Positions 26,580 to 35,256 are shown, counted from the first letter of the stretch. The stretch is 60,839 bases of DNA from an uncultured Pseudomonadales bacterium (GCA_964555515.1 CAZKSJ010000001.1:11421-72259); one strand, 5' to 3'. Notes: a model not told the origin generated them from the sequence alone. Program-made: numbers and translations.

Positions 26580-27671
26580 TCAAATGACCTCCATCATATC
26601 CTCAATGCCAAACAAACTGGGAAAATGAACTTTAGTTTGTTGACTGGGAATCTTTTTTTGTAAAGCAATCTGTCTGACTAAAAAAGCAACTAATCCCGCT
26701 CCAACGGTGACTGAACTGAATAGCTGTGGTCTACCTGCAAGATTTTTCTCCAATTGTGCCACCGAGTTTCTCGCTCTGAGCGGCACATTATTTTTCCCAA
26801 CCAAAGTCACAGCCAACATTTTTTTCTGATCGTCTGGCAGTTGATTGTTGACAATTTTCTCTAGCAACGCTGGGGTAACCCTACCATGAAACGGCTGCAA
26901 AGACCCAAGATCATAGCGTTCAACATCAAATAGCACTGAGTCACCGAGGTTGGTGCACATCACCAGAGGCAAGAGATGCTCTTGAGCAGTCAATCTGAGC
27001 AACACTTTCATCGGAAAGTCATCAATGGCATCAATTATCAGCTGCGGCCGAAATTTGCCTTTCATTAATTCTTGCAACAATTGATCGGATGCTCTGGTTT
27101 TTATAACATTCAGCTTGAGAAATGGATCAAGTTGGTACAAATCTTGCGCCATCCGCTCCGCTTTGGACTGGCCTACCGCCAATAAATCTACCGGCACGCG
27201 GTTTAGATTAGAAATCGCGAAAGTATCATCATCACAAATGGTCATGTTTTGAGCACCACCACCTTGGATGATAGCTCTAGCAATCACTCCACCAATTGAC
27301 ATACCAAAAATGGCTACTTTAAAGTTACGAAGCTGCAACTGCTCTTCAAAAGTAATTAGCTCTCGGTTGCGATTAGTTCGCAGAGCAAAAAATTCCTGCT
27401 CTGGCAGCAAATGAATAATTATCTCTCTCCAAGGATAATAAACCCACGTGCCGGAAATATGATTCTTGGGTTTGAGTCTTTCATCGATAAAAGCCCGCAG
27501 TTTTTGCAGATTGCTCGCTTCTGATGGATGAATAATTCCAAAAAGTTCCTCTAACTGTTGCTCATAATGATCGATGATGGTTACTTTAGGATGGTGAAGT
27601 AACCATTCTTTCAAATCTTTGCGTGAGTGTGATTCAGCTGAAAATATGAGTGGTGAGCTGTCTTGCTGCAT
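26580..27671 (-). CDS. ThiF/E1-like adenylyltransferase-family protein (Rv1355c N-terminal-half-like)
   Basis: RTNRNRELITFEEQLQLRNFKVAIFGMSIGGVIARAIIQGGGAQNMTICDDDTFAISNLNRV is an E1 Rossmann signature with an atypical Gly loop (GMSIGG). There are no C-terminal CxxC pairs. Confidence 0.7.
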   Translation of the reverse strand: MQQDSSPLIFSAESHSRKDLKEWLLHHPKVTIIDHYEQQLEELFGIIHPSEASNLQKLRAFIDERLKPKNHISGTWVYYPWREIIIHLLPEQEFFALRTNRNRELITFEEQLQLRNFKVAIFGMSIGGVIARAIIQGGGAQNMTICDDDTFAISNLNRVPVDLLAVGQSKAERMAQDLYQLDPFLKLNVIKTRASDQLLQELMKGKFRPQLIIDAIDDFPMKVLLRLTAQEHLLPLVMCTNLGDSVLFDVERYDLGSLQPFHGRVTPALLEKIVNNQLPDDQKKMLAVTLVGKNNVPLRARNSVAQLEKNLAGRPQLFSSVTVGAGLVAFLVRQIALQKKIPSQQTKVHFPSLFGIEDMMEVI

Positions 27672-27688
27672 TCTACATTAATCATTTG

Positions 27689-29215
27689 TTACTTATTAAT
27701 CCATCGCTGCTTAATAACTGGGTTAAAGTATTTGGGATGGTGATGTTCCCAAAAAATAACATTTGGCTCAGCACGACCATCGATGGTTTCATAGGTTCTT
27801 CTGTATGGTGAGTTTTCAATTTTCAACCTTTCAACAAGTGTGTCTGTGACTGCTTGCTTGAGTGATTCTGAATTAGTCACACCGTTTTTCAACTCCACAT
27901 TAATATCCAACCGCTGATTGTGATCTGGGTCATACTTAACTTCCATAGTGAATCTGCCTGTGACTGAATTTTCTAACACAGGACTTAGTAGAGCACGTCT
28001 AATTGTCTCTGGATAGACAGTAAAACCATAAAAACTCACCGAAAAATCACGCCTTTCGTAAACGTACACAAAGGGCAACTGCCAAATTGTGTGATCAATT
28101 TTTAACTCCTTGGCAACCTGTTTCAAATCAACACCATGGTCGTTAAAGTTGTTGAGCATGGTTTCATAGGAAATCACTCTGCCTCGATCTTTTAAGTCGT
28201 ATCTAGTTAGGGGGAGGCCGCTGTAGGCAGAACAAATTAAATCGCCGTCAACATCTTCAAAATAGAACATATCTGGGAAAAATTGAGTTAAGGTAGGTAC
28301 TCTGTATATTTTATTAAACACCTGATCAAAAAGTGGTTTAATTTGATAGGCTTGTCTTCTTGCCATAATTGACAGGGGAGTTTCATAAGACATGGTACCC
28401 AAGTCAACGGTGCCATATTGATTCAAGGTATGAGTATAAATATTATCTAAGCCAGTTGCTTTCGCGACATAGTCCCGAAAAGACTCACTAAAAACTTCAG
28501 CCGCAAAAATAAAGCCAAGCTTGTGATTTGTCCAATCTAAACCATCTCTTTTGGCTTCATCTAAAGTATCTTTGAGAAAAGGACCGTAACTACCAATGAT
28601 AATTTGGTCAAAATAAGGTCCCAATTGTTTGACCGCTTTAATGATCTCTTGAGCGCTCACACCTGGGGTAATGACGCTCAATGGATAGTGCCTGGTATCG
28701 GCAATGTACTTGATAGCTTGATACGTAAATAAACCCCCGATCCACTGTCCCATGGGAAAGCCCACAATGTACAATGTGGACTTTTTATCAACTTGAAAAT
28801 TCGTCAACAGGTAGAGCTCTGCCATCGAAGCGTACTGCCAATCTTGATCACTTTCTCTAGGAAAATAGAATGGTTCACCAGTTGAACCTGTGGTTGATGC
28901 CACGGTGGAGTGCTTGGATGATAATTTGCCGTCCCAAGATAACGCATCGAGAGGGTATTGTCTTAAATAACTATCCTTACTGACAGGGGGAACTTTTTTA
29001 AAATCAGCAATGGTTTTAATGGTTTGGGGCTTAATTTTGTGTTTATGTAAAAAGTCTCGATAAGCTGGCACTCTCAGCGACATCTGGTGAAAAAGCTGCA
29101 ACACGCGCACATCACCTCTTTTTTGCCAGTATGATTCTGGATTATGTTTTAATTTGTGAAGCAGCTTGGCTGGCTGCAGATAACCAGATGCAATTAATTT
29201 CCGCTTATTCTTCAT
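27689..29215 (-). CDS. Adenylate-forming enzyme, PaaK / CapK / coenzyme F390 synthetase-like (COG1541)
   Basis: AMP-binding core STTGSTGEPFYFP, 508 aa. Overlaps the upstream dehydrogenase gene by 11 nt. Confidence 0.7.
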   Translation of the reverse strand: MKNKRKLIASGYLQPAKLLHKLKHNPESYWQKRGDVRVLQLFHQMSLRVPAYRDFLHKHKIKPQTIKTIADFKKVPPVSKDSYLRQYPLDALSWDGKLSSKHSTVASTTGSTGEPFYFPRESDQDWQYASMAELYLLTNFQVDKKSTLYIVGFPMGQWIGGLFTYQAIKYIADTRHYPLSVITPGVSAQEIIKAVKQLGPYFDQIIIGSYGPFLKDTLDEAKRDGLDWTNHKLGFIFAAEVFSESFRDYVAKATGLDNIYTHTLNQYGTVDLGTMSYETPLSIMARRQAYQIKPLFDQVFNKIYRVPTLTQFFPDMFYFEDVDGDLICSAYSGLPLTRYDLKDRGRVISYETMLNNFNDHGVDLKQVAKELKIDHTIWQLPFVYVYERRDFSVSFYGFTVYPETIRRALLSPVLENSVTGRFTMEVKYDPDHNQRLDINVELKNGVTNSESLKQAVTDTLVERLKIENSPYRRTYETIDGRAEPNVIFWEHHHPKYFNPVIKQRWINK

Positions 29216-30260
29216 GAGATTCTATTTTCTGTTGATTGATTTCATCGGCAATGAGATGTGGTGATCGCTTAGTTTTGTAACTCAAGCTAAATATCTGGTC
29301 AAGCTCTGCTGCTATTTCATCAAGTTTCTTCATCACCCGCTGATGATTCCGCCGAGGATATTCATACTCATCGACCACGCTGATTAAACCGCCGGCATTA
29401 ATAATGTAATCAGGTGTGTAAAGTATATTTCTTTGATAAAGTAGGTCACCCATGTTTGGGGCAGACAATTGGTTATTTGCCCCACCAGCCACCAACTTGC
29501 ACTGCAGTTGCTTGACAGTCTTTTCATTGATGATACCGTACATGGCGCATGGTACAAAAACATCAACTGGCAACATAGTAATGGCTTCTGGTTTAACCAA
29601 TTCTATTTTTGGATACATTTTTTTAATTTTGGCGGCCACGTTATCCAATACATCAGTAGCATAAATCTTGGCTGCAGTAGGATAAAGTTGGTTAAGCACC
29701 CCAGATCCAATTTTTCCCAGACCCTGGATAGCAAAAGTTCTTTGATGAAATTCATCATCACCAAAGACATGCTTCAAGCCAACTTTCATTCCTTTGATGA
29801 TGCCGGCCACGGTGTACTTAACCGGGTCTATTTCACCACCCACCACGTGTTGACTAGACTTCTTGAGTTGTTTCACCTGCTCTTGGCTCATACCTATGTC
29901 AGCACCTGTAATAAACCGTCCTGCCAATAAATTAACATCGTCGGCATAGGCGGCGATCATTTGCGGAGTAACATCCTCAGGACGAGCAATAATGACCGCT
30001 TTTGCTCCACCGTAAGGCAAGTTGGCGGCGGCGGACTTAAAAGACATTATTTTTGCTAAGCGCAGCGCATCTTTTAACGCTTCAATTTGATTTGAATAAG
30101 GATAAATTCTTGTAGCTCCAAAAGCCTTGAGTTTTTTTGAGCCACGGTGAATAGCAATGAATCCTTCTAACTTGCTGGCTGGATGCCTGAGATAAACCAC
30201 CAAACGGTGTTGATCATACTCTTTTAAGTCAAGATGCGATGATGAATTGCTTTGTGTCAT
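29205..30260 (-). CDS. Glu/Leu/Phe/Val-type amino-acid dehydrogenase (Leu/Phe dehydrogenase-like size)
   Basis: Catalytic Lys motif NLPYGGAKAVII, dinucleotide fold FAIQGLGKIGSGV, and VAGGANNQL. 351 aa. Confidence 0.8.
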   Translation of the reverse strand: MTQSNSSSHLDLKEYDQHRLVVYLRHPASKLEGFIAIHRGSKKLKAFGATRIYPYSNQIEALKDALRLAKIMSFKSAAANLPYGGAKAVIIARPEDVTPQMIAAYADDVNLLAGRFITGADIGMSQEQVKQLKKSSQHVVGGEIDPVKYTVAGIIKGMKVGLKHVFGDDEFHQRTFAIQGLGKIGSGVLNQLYPTAAKIYATDVLDNVAAKIKKMYPKIELVKPEAITMLPVDVFVPCAMYGIINEKTVKQLQCKLVAGGANNQLSAPNMGDLLYQRNILYTPDYIINAGGLISVVDEYEYPRRNHQRVMKKLDEIAAELDQIFSLSYKTKRSPHLIADEINQQKIESHEE

Positions 30261-30325
30261 TGATCCCTAAAACTTGCCCATAACTTTTACTTGATTTTTC
30301 TGAATGCTATCAGTATGCTTGGCCT

Positions 30326-30790
30326 ATGAACACTTCACTTGTAGAACCCTCAAATCCAGTCAAAAAAGCTCAATCAGCTGATGTCAGTAATCCTACTACA
30401 AAAGCTGCCAATAGCAAAAATGGTAAAAAAGTCCTCATTGCTGATGATGAATTATACATCAGGGAACTTTATGAAGAAGTGCTGATCAGTGAAGGCTATG
30501 TGGTTGAGGGGGTTGCAGACGGTAAAACAGCCTTGGACAAAATTTCTGAGGGAGGATGGGATCTCATTACCTTAGATGTGATCATGCCCAAGTTGGATGG
30601 CCTAGGAGTACTCACCAAGCTCCAAGAATCGCCGCCAAAAAAGAAGAATGGGCCGATTATTTTACTGACTAGTCTGGCCAATGATCCTGCAGTTCAGGAG
30701 GCTCAAAAAAAAGGCGCTGCGCAAGTCATCATCAAAACTGAAATCACCCCCAAACAATTTGTGGATCTGGTCAACAAAACCATTGGGTAA
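30326..30790 (+). CDS. Single-domain (CheY-like) response regulator with a 35-aa disordered N-terminal extension
   Basis: KKVLIADDELYIRE, phospho-acceptor context DLITLDVIMPKLDG, and ILLTS...IIKTE. No output domain. Divergent from the enzyme operon across 65 bp. Confidence 0.85.
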   Translation: MNTSLVEPSNPVKKAQSADVSNPTTKAANSKNGKKVLIADDELYIRELYEEVLISEGYVVEGVADGKTALDKISEGGWDLITLDVIMPKLDGLGVLTKLQESPPKKKNGPIILLTSLANDPAVQEAQKKGAAQVIIKTEITPKQFVDLVNKTIG

Positions 30791-30860
30791 CAACTTCGCT
30801 TTTTCTCACAAAATTACTCGCAGACAGGCAATAGCTGCGTTTGAAATTGAGAAATAATCT

Positions 30861-31916
30861 CTATCTGCCCCCAACTGAACCAATCAAACCATAAATAGGA
30901 GCGATGATCGCCATCATCATGCCCCCCACAGCCAGTCCCACAAATACTAGCAAGAGAGGTTCTAATAAGGCAGTCATTTTCTTCACAGATTTACTCACTT
31001 TGTAATCCATGTTATCAGACACGTTTTGCATGGCCTCTTCGAGAGTGCCGCTTTTTTCGCCAACCTCCATCAATTTAATGATAATTCCAGGAATAATATT
31101 ACGCTTGCTCTGCAGACCATGAGAAAAAGGATGACCTGCTAAAGCTTGCTCACGTGCCTTATCTACCAGATCTCTCACTTCCTTTTTCAAAATGACTTCT
31201 TGAGCAAGCTCTAGAGAAGTTGTGATAGGAATACCAGAGGATAATAGTAAGTGTAAGCTCCGGCTAAACCTGGTTAGATCAATCTCTCTGATTAATTTAG
31301 AAACTCCCGGAAATGAAAGCACAATTTGGAGCATCAGCTCACGTTTGGTTTGATAGAGAACAAACAACAAGGCAATTAATAAAAACAAAATACCCAAGAC
31401 AATTAGCCAGTTATTTATTAATAAATTAGATGTATATATCAATGCTTTTGTAGCCATAGGCAACTTGACATTCAACCTACTAAATACTGTGGAGATTCTT
31501 GGAATAACAAACAGCAGCATTCCTAATAAAACGCTAATAAAAACGATCATCACCACAATTGGGTAAAACATGGCAGACTTGACGCCATCTATAAATTCCA
31601 TCTCTTTCTTGATGTTGCCCTGCAAATCGCGCAGTGTTTCCTCAAGCGTGCCAGCCTCTTCAGCTGCTTTGATCAAGCTGACCGTTACCTTGTCAAAGGT
31701 GTATGGATACCGAGAAAAGGAGTCAGAGATCTGCTTGCCAGCGGTGACATCCTCCCGCAAAGATAACAAAATCTTTTTTTGATTTCCTTTTGCTTCTGAT
31801 AAAAGCGAGTCCACTGTTTCTGAAATAGGAATTCCGGCCGACAGCATGGTCGTCATGTTGGCAATCAATCCAATTTTTTCTTCCTGAGACAGTCTGATTC
31901 TGCCAAATCCCAACAT
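30861..31916 (-). CDS. pilC: Type IV pilus platform protein PilC (GspF family)
   Basis: Two T2SF repeats with the typical ..AGIPI..ALE pattern (LSAGIPISETVDSL and LSSGIPITTSLELA) and 3 TM segments. Starts 3 nt after the pilB stop. Confidence 0.85.
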   Translation of the reverse strand: MLGFGRIRLSQEEKIGLIANMTTMLSAGIPISETVDSLLSEAKGNQKKILLSLREDVTAGKQISDSFSRYPYTFDKVTVSLIKAAEEAGTLEETLRDLQGNIKKEMEFIDGVKSAMFYPIVVMIVFISVLLGMLLFVIPRISTVFSRLNVKLPMATKALIYTSNLLINNWLIVLGILFLLIALLFVLYQTKRELMLQIVLSFPGVSKLIREIDLTRFSRSLHLLLSSGIPITTSLELAQEVILKKEVRDLVDKAREQALAGHPFSHGLQSKRNIIPGIIIKLMEVGEKSGTLEEAMQNVSDNMDYKVSKSVKKMTALLEPLLLVFVGLAVGGMMMAIIAPIYGLIGSVGGR

Positions 31917-31919
31917 TGC

Positions 31920-33614
31920 TTACTCCGTTTCAGTCTTGGTGACTCGCAACACTTCTTCAATGGTGGTTAAGCCTTTAGTAATTTTTTCAATGCCATCATC
32001 AAACATGCTGGTTAACCCTTCCTTAATTGCCTGCTCACTGATGGTATCTACATCCGCTTTTTTGGCTACCAACTCTCGCAAGGCTTTTGATAATTCCAAG
32101 ACTTCATAAATTCCCAATCTACCCTTATAACCAGTGTTGTGACATGCCCGACAACCTTGGCCGCGATAAACCCTGACTTCCTTTTTGTCACCCACTGGAA
32201 TGTAATGCTTGTTGATAGTTTCAAGTGACAAGTATTTTTGTAGTTCAGTCACCGGAATTGTTTCAGAAACTCGGCAATGAGGACAAATTCTTCTGACTAG
32301 CCTTTGGGCCACGATTATGTGCACCGTACCAGCTACCAAAAATGGTTCTACTTTCATGTCGAATAGTCTGGGCAGAGAAGAGACCGCATTATTGGTATGG
32401 AGCGTAGAAAAAACCAAGTGACCGGTCAACGCCGCGTTAATTGCAATCGAAGCAGTTTCGTTATCTCTAATTTCCCCGACAAAAATATAATCAGGATCTT
32501 GCCTTAACAATGATCTTAAGCCATTGGCAAAAGTCAGGTTTGTCTTTTCATTAACCTGAACTTGATTTGCACCTTTAATCCGGTACTCAACAGGATCTTC
32601 AATACTGGTTAAGTTGGTCTCTCGAGTATTAATTGTCTTCAAAATTGAGTAGATGGTGGTAGTTTTTCCAGACCCAGTCGGACCAGTCACCAAGATCATG
32701 CCATAAGTTCTGGCAGCAGCTTTTTTAATTTTCACAAGATCTGTCTCATTGATGCCCAGCTCTTGCAATGAATATGACCGTGCTTGAGAGGTTAGCAGCC
32801 TCATCACCACTTTCTCTCCTTCCGCAATGGGAATGATGGAGACACGCAAATCTAGCCTCTCTCCTTTAATATCCATCTTAATCTTGCCGTCTTGTGCGGC
32901 CAAGTGCTGATCTGTGCGCAAGCTTGCTAAAACCTTGATTCTGGTTACAATTCTACCCAATAGCTCCTTCGGTAAATTGGCGATGTCGTGCAGAATGCCA
33001 TCAATCCTGAATCTGACCAGTACCGCATCCTCATTTGGCTCAATATGAATGTCTGAGGCGTGTTCTAAGTAAGCAGCTCTAATCACCTCATCAACCAATT
33101 TTTTAATTGGTGGATCATGTGCGACCGTGCGCACGACTCTGCCATCTGCTTCATTGAGTAACTTGCTAAAAATTTCTTGAAAATCGGTGTGGTAATTCAG
33201 TAAAGTTTGATTTAAATCCTGTTCTGTCGCAAAAAACATCTTGACCTGCTTACCAGTTTTCTGAGCCACCAGCTTGGGTAAGATTTGATTCCTAAAATCG
33301 GCTGTGGCAATACTGACAAACTTTTCATCCTCGGCGAAAGTAATCATTTTGTGACGTTTAGCCACTTCTTCGGGAATAATTCCTAAAGTCTCATCAGAGA
33401 TGTCCAACTTGCTCAACTCAATAAAGGGAACTTTAATTGCCTCAGCCACCATCTTTCCCATTGCCTGATCCGTAATGTAGCCTTTTTCAACCAAACCATC
33501 CCAAAGACTTACTTCGGTTTCTTCTGCAAACTTGATTACTTGCTTGAGATCTGCTTCGGCGATAATTTTTTTAGCCAACAGTAAATTGCTGAGTTGGGCA
33601 TCAGTCAGTTGCAT
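31920..33614 (-). CDS. pilB: Type IV pilus assembly ATPase PilB (GspE family)
   Basis: N-terminal GSPII_E_N-like domain, Walker A VTGPTGSGKTTT, Asp box, His box FSTLHTN, and tetracysteine CPHC...CRACHNTGYKGR. Confidence 0.9.
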   Translation of the reverse strand: MQLTDAQLSNLLLAKKIIAEADLKQVIKFAEETEVSLWDGLVEKGYITDQAMGKMVAEAIKVPFIELSKLDISDETLGIIPEEVAKRHKMITFAEDEKFVSIATADFRNQILPKLVAQKTGKQVKMFFATEQDLNQTLLNYHTDFQEIFSKLLNEADGRVVRTVAHDPPIKKLVDEVIRAAYLEHASDIHIEPNEDAVLVRFRIDGILHDIANLPKELLGRIVTRIKVLASLRTDQHLAAQDGKIKMDIKGERLDLRVSIIPIAEGEKVVMRLLTSQARSYSLQELGINETDLVKIKKAAARTYGMILVTGPTGSGKTTTIYSILKTINTRETNLTSIEDPVEYRIKGANQVQVNEKTNLTFANGLRSLLRQDPDYIFVGEIRDNETASIAINAALTGHLVFSTLHTNNAVSSLPRLFDMKVEPFLVAGTVHIIVAQRLVRRICPHCRVSETIPVTELQKYLSLETINKHYIPVGDKKEVRVYRGQGCRACHNTGYKGRLGIYEVLELSKALRELVAKKADVDTISEQAIKEGLTSMFDDGIEKITKGLTTIEEVLRVTKTETE

Positions 33615-33635
33615 GCTTTCATCATATACTAAAAT

Positions 33636-34886
33636 TTAGCTAAAATGAAACTTTTTATCACCCAAAAAACCAGTTACTTCTGGTCTAATTTTTTCTTTCT
33701 GAATTAGTAAACCTGAGGTAACGGTGAATAATCCATAGCGATCATTTAAAACATCAACTGCTTTAGCAATCTGTTCTTGTTGCCACCAGTGGGGAAACCA
33801 ACAATCTTGGACTTCAGACCAGGGCTTGAGAAGAGACATACCAACGTGCAGTCTAATCACGGGAAAACGATCTTGCCAGCTGGGATATAACTTATACCTA
33901 ATCAAGTCAAACATTTCACTAACGTGTCTCACATAATATTTCAAAGTGAGATGATCTGCCCAAGACTGATCATCTCCAGCCAGTGAACAAAAAACTAGCC
34001 TGCCGGCCAACTCCATCTTGCGCAATTTGTGAATTACTTCTTCTGAAAGATTATAGAGCGTAGACATGATTAAGTCTTGGCTGCTACTCAATCTATATCC
34101 TGTGATTGAACGACTAACGCTTTTCATGTGCGGCAAGTTATCTGCCAGGCGCTTTAAAAAAAGCGGCTCTTCACCACGACCCATCTTGCGCAACTCCACA
34201 CTCCAAAATGGACCAAACATTGACGCCAAAATTTCAGTAGGAACAAAATTAATTTGATAAGGCACGGTCACCCCAATTCTGCTCAAGCGCTTGGCCAGAC
34301 GCGGCCCAATCCCGCAGACGTCTTTAAACTGGGTCGTGGCTAAAATTAGCAATTTATTTTCCTCGGTGACTTGCCGCACGCTACCTTTGGGGGCAGTTTC
34401 ACCGATCATCTTGGCTAAAAACCTATTTTCAGCAATACCAATGTTGCAAGTCACCCACCCCCCCAACACACACTTCACTTGCTCCTGAATTTGGAGAGCA
34501 AAATCATGAGGTGAAGCATATAAATTTTGAACTTGGGAGTAGTCTATAAATACTTCATCCAAAGAAAAGACTTCAGTGGTTGGAGTAAGGTTGTCAAATA
34601 ACTCCTTTAAGCGCTTGGTAGCCGAGAAGTACATTTCAAAAGCAGCCGGCATCTCAATCAAATTGGGAGCAAGTTGATATGCTTCTGCTAAAGAACAACC
34701 AGTACTGATACCTTTTAATTTTGCTTCTTTGGAGGCAGCAATCACACAACTTCTACCCAGTTCTTTAACTACCACCACTGGTTTGTGACGTAAAGCGGGC
34801 GTTTCTTGTTGCAACAGAGTAGCAAAATAGGAATTAATATCAATGTGTAATACAATGCGTTTTTTTTGATTAATCAATTCATTCAC
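33636..34886 (-). CDS. dinB: Y-family DNA polymerase (DinB/Pol IV-like)
   Basis: IVLHIDINSYFATLLQQETP and FSLDEVFIDYS (catalytic D and DE retained), plus CGIGPRLAKRL (HhH). 21 nt upstream of pilB on the same strand. Confidence 0.8.
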   Translation of the reverse strand: MNELINQKKRIVLHIDINSYFATLLQQETPALRHKPVVVVKELGRSCVIAASKEAKLKGISTGCSLAEAYQLAPNLIEMPAAFEMYFSATKRLKELFDNLTPTTEVFSLDEVFIDYSQVQNLYASPHDFALQIQEQVKCVLGGWVTCNIGIAENRFLAKMIGETAPKGSVRQVTEENKLLILATTQFKDVCGIGPRLAKRLSRIGVTVPYQINFVPTEILASMFGPFWSVELRKMGRGEEPLFLKRLADNLPHMKSVSRSITGYRLSSSQDLIMSTLYNLSEEVIHKLRKMELAGRLVFCSLAGDDQSWADHLTLKYYVRHVSEMFDLIRYKLYPSWQDRFPVIRLHVGMSLLKPWSEVQDCWFPHWWQQEQIAKAVDVLNDRYGLFTVTSGLLIQKEKIRPEVTGFLGDKKFHFS

Positions 34887-35148
34887 ACCACACCTCCGCT
34901 AATTCCCACACCTCTTCACTTCTATCAAAAATCAGACGATAACTATTACCCTGTGACAAGACTGAGTACTGTCGTTTGCTAATTCGACTATCACGAATTT
35001 CTGAAATAAAAGTAACTTGATCGACTGCATATATCCTGCCTTGCCACTCGAATTTTTTAGGAATGAAGCGCGCTTGTTTATAAACACCAATTACATTAAT
35101 GCGCTCACCAATTGCTTGGTACATATTAGCTTTTTCTTCTAAGTTCAT
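34879..35148 (-). CDS. Small protein translationally coupled to the Y-family polymerase, function unknown
   Basis: 89-aa ORF overlapping the polymerase start by 8 nt, with no recognised motif. Its position is analogous to UmuD/YolD-type accessory genes. Confidence 0.4.
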   Translation of the reverse strand: MNLEEKANMYQAIGERINVIGVYKQARFIPKKFEWQGRIYAVDQVTFISEIRDSRISKRQYSVLSQGNSYRLIFDRSEEVWELAEVWCE

Positions 35149-35256
35149 TTAGTGCAGATAGTCAAAAGACTAGAAAAAAACCCGAATATTAGCAAGAGGT
35201 ATAAATAGATCAATGATAGGCAATTTCATGGGTTTTATTCGGTTTTGACTTAGAAG

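Noticed and set aside
29469-29930. 153-aa plus-strand ORF (and 29452-29664) inside the dehydrogenase gene
   Set aside because: It is fully antisense to a motif-supported ELFV dehydrogenase. The same reasoning applies to other embedded or antisense ORFs, for example 1310-1501, 3995-4303, 7125-7337, 8895-9179, 9286-9555, 11006-11935 (several), 14496-14756, 17206-17415, 36474-36797, 37135-37449, 45804-46145, 51029-51331 and 56260-56556.
23175-30790. Interpreting the E1-like/nitroreductase module as a TOMM/LAP RiPP cluster or a bacterial ubiquitin-like (Bil/CBASS-Cap2-type) system
   Set aside because: No YcaO cyclodehydratase, precursor peptide, ThiS/MoaD/Ubl-like GG-terminated ORF, E2 or JAB/DUB gene is visible in or around the module. 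It is therefore reported as unassigned rather than forced into those classes.
30819-30842. Short hairpin (CGCAG-N11-CTGCG followed by TTT) between the convergent response-regulator and pilC genes as a terminator
   Set aside because: A 5-bp stem with an 11-nt loop is too weak to call confidently. It may still contribute to termination of the regulator transcript.
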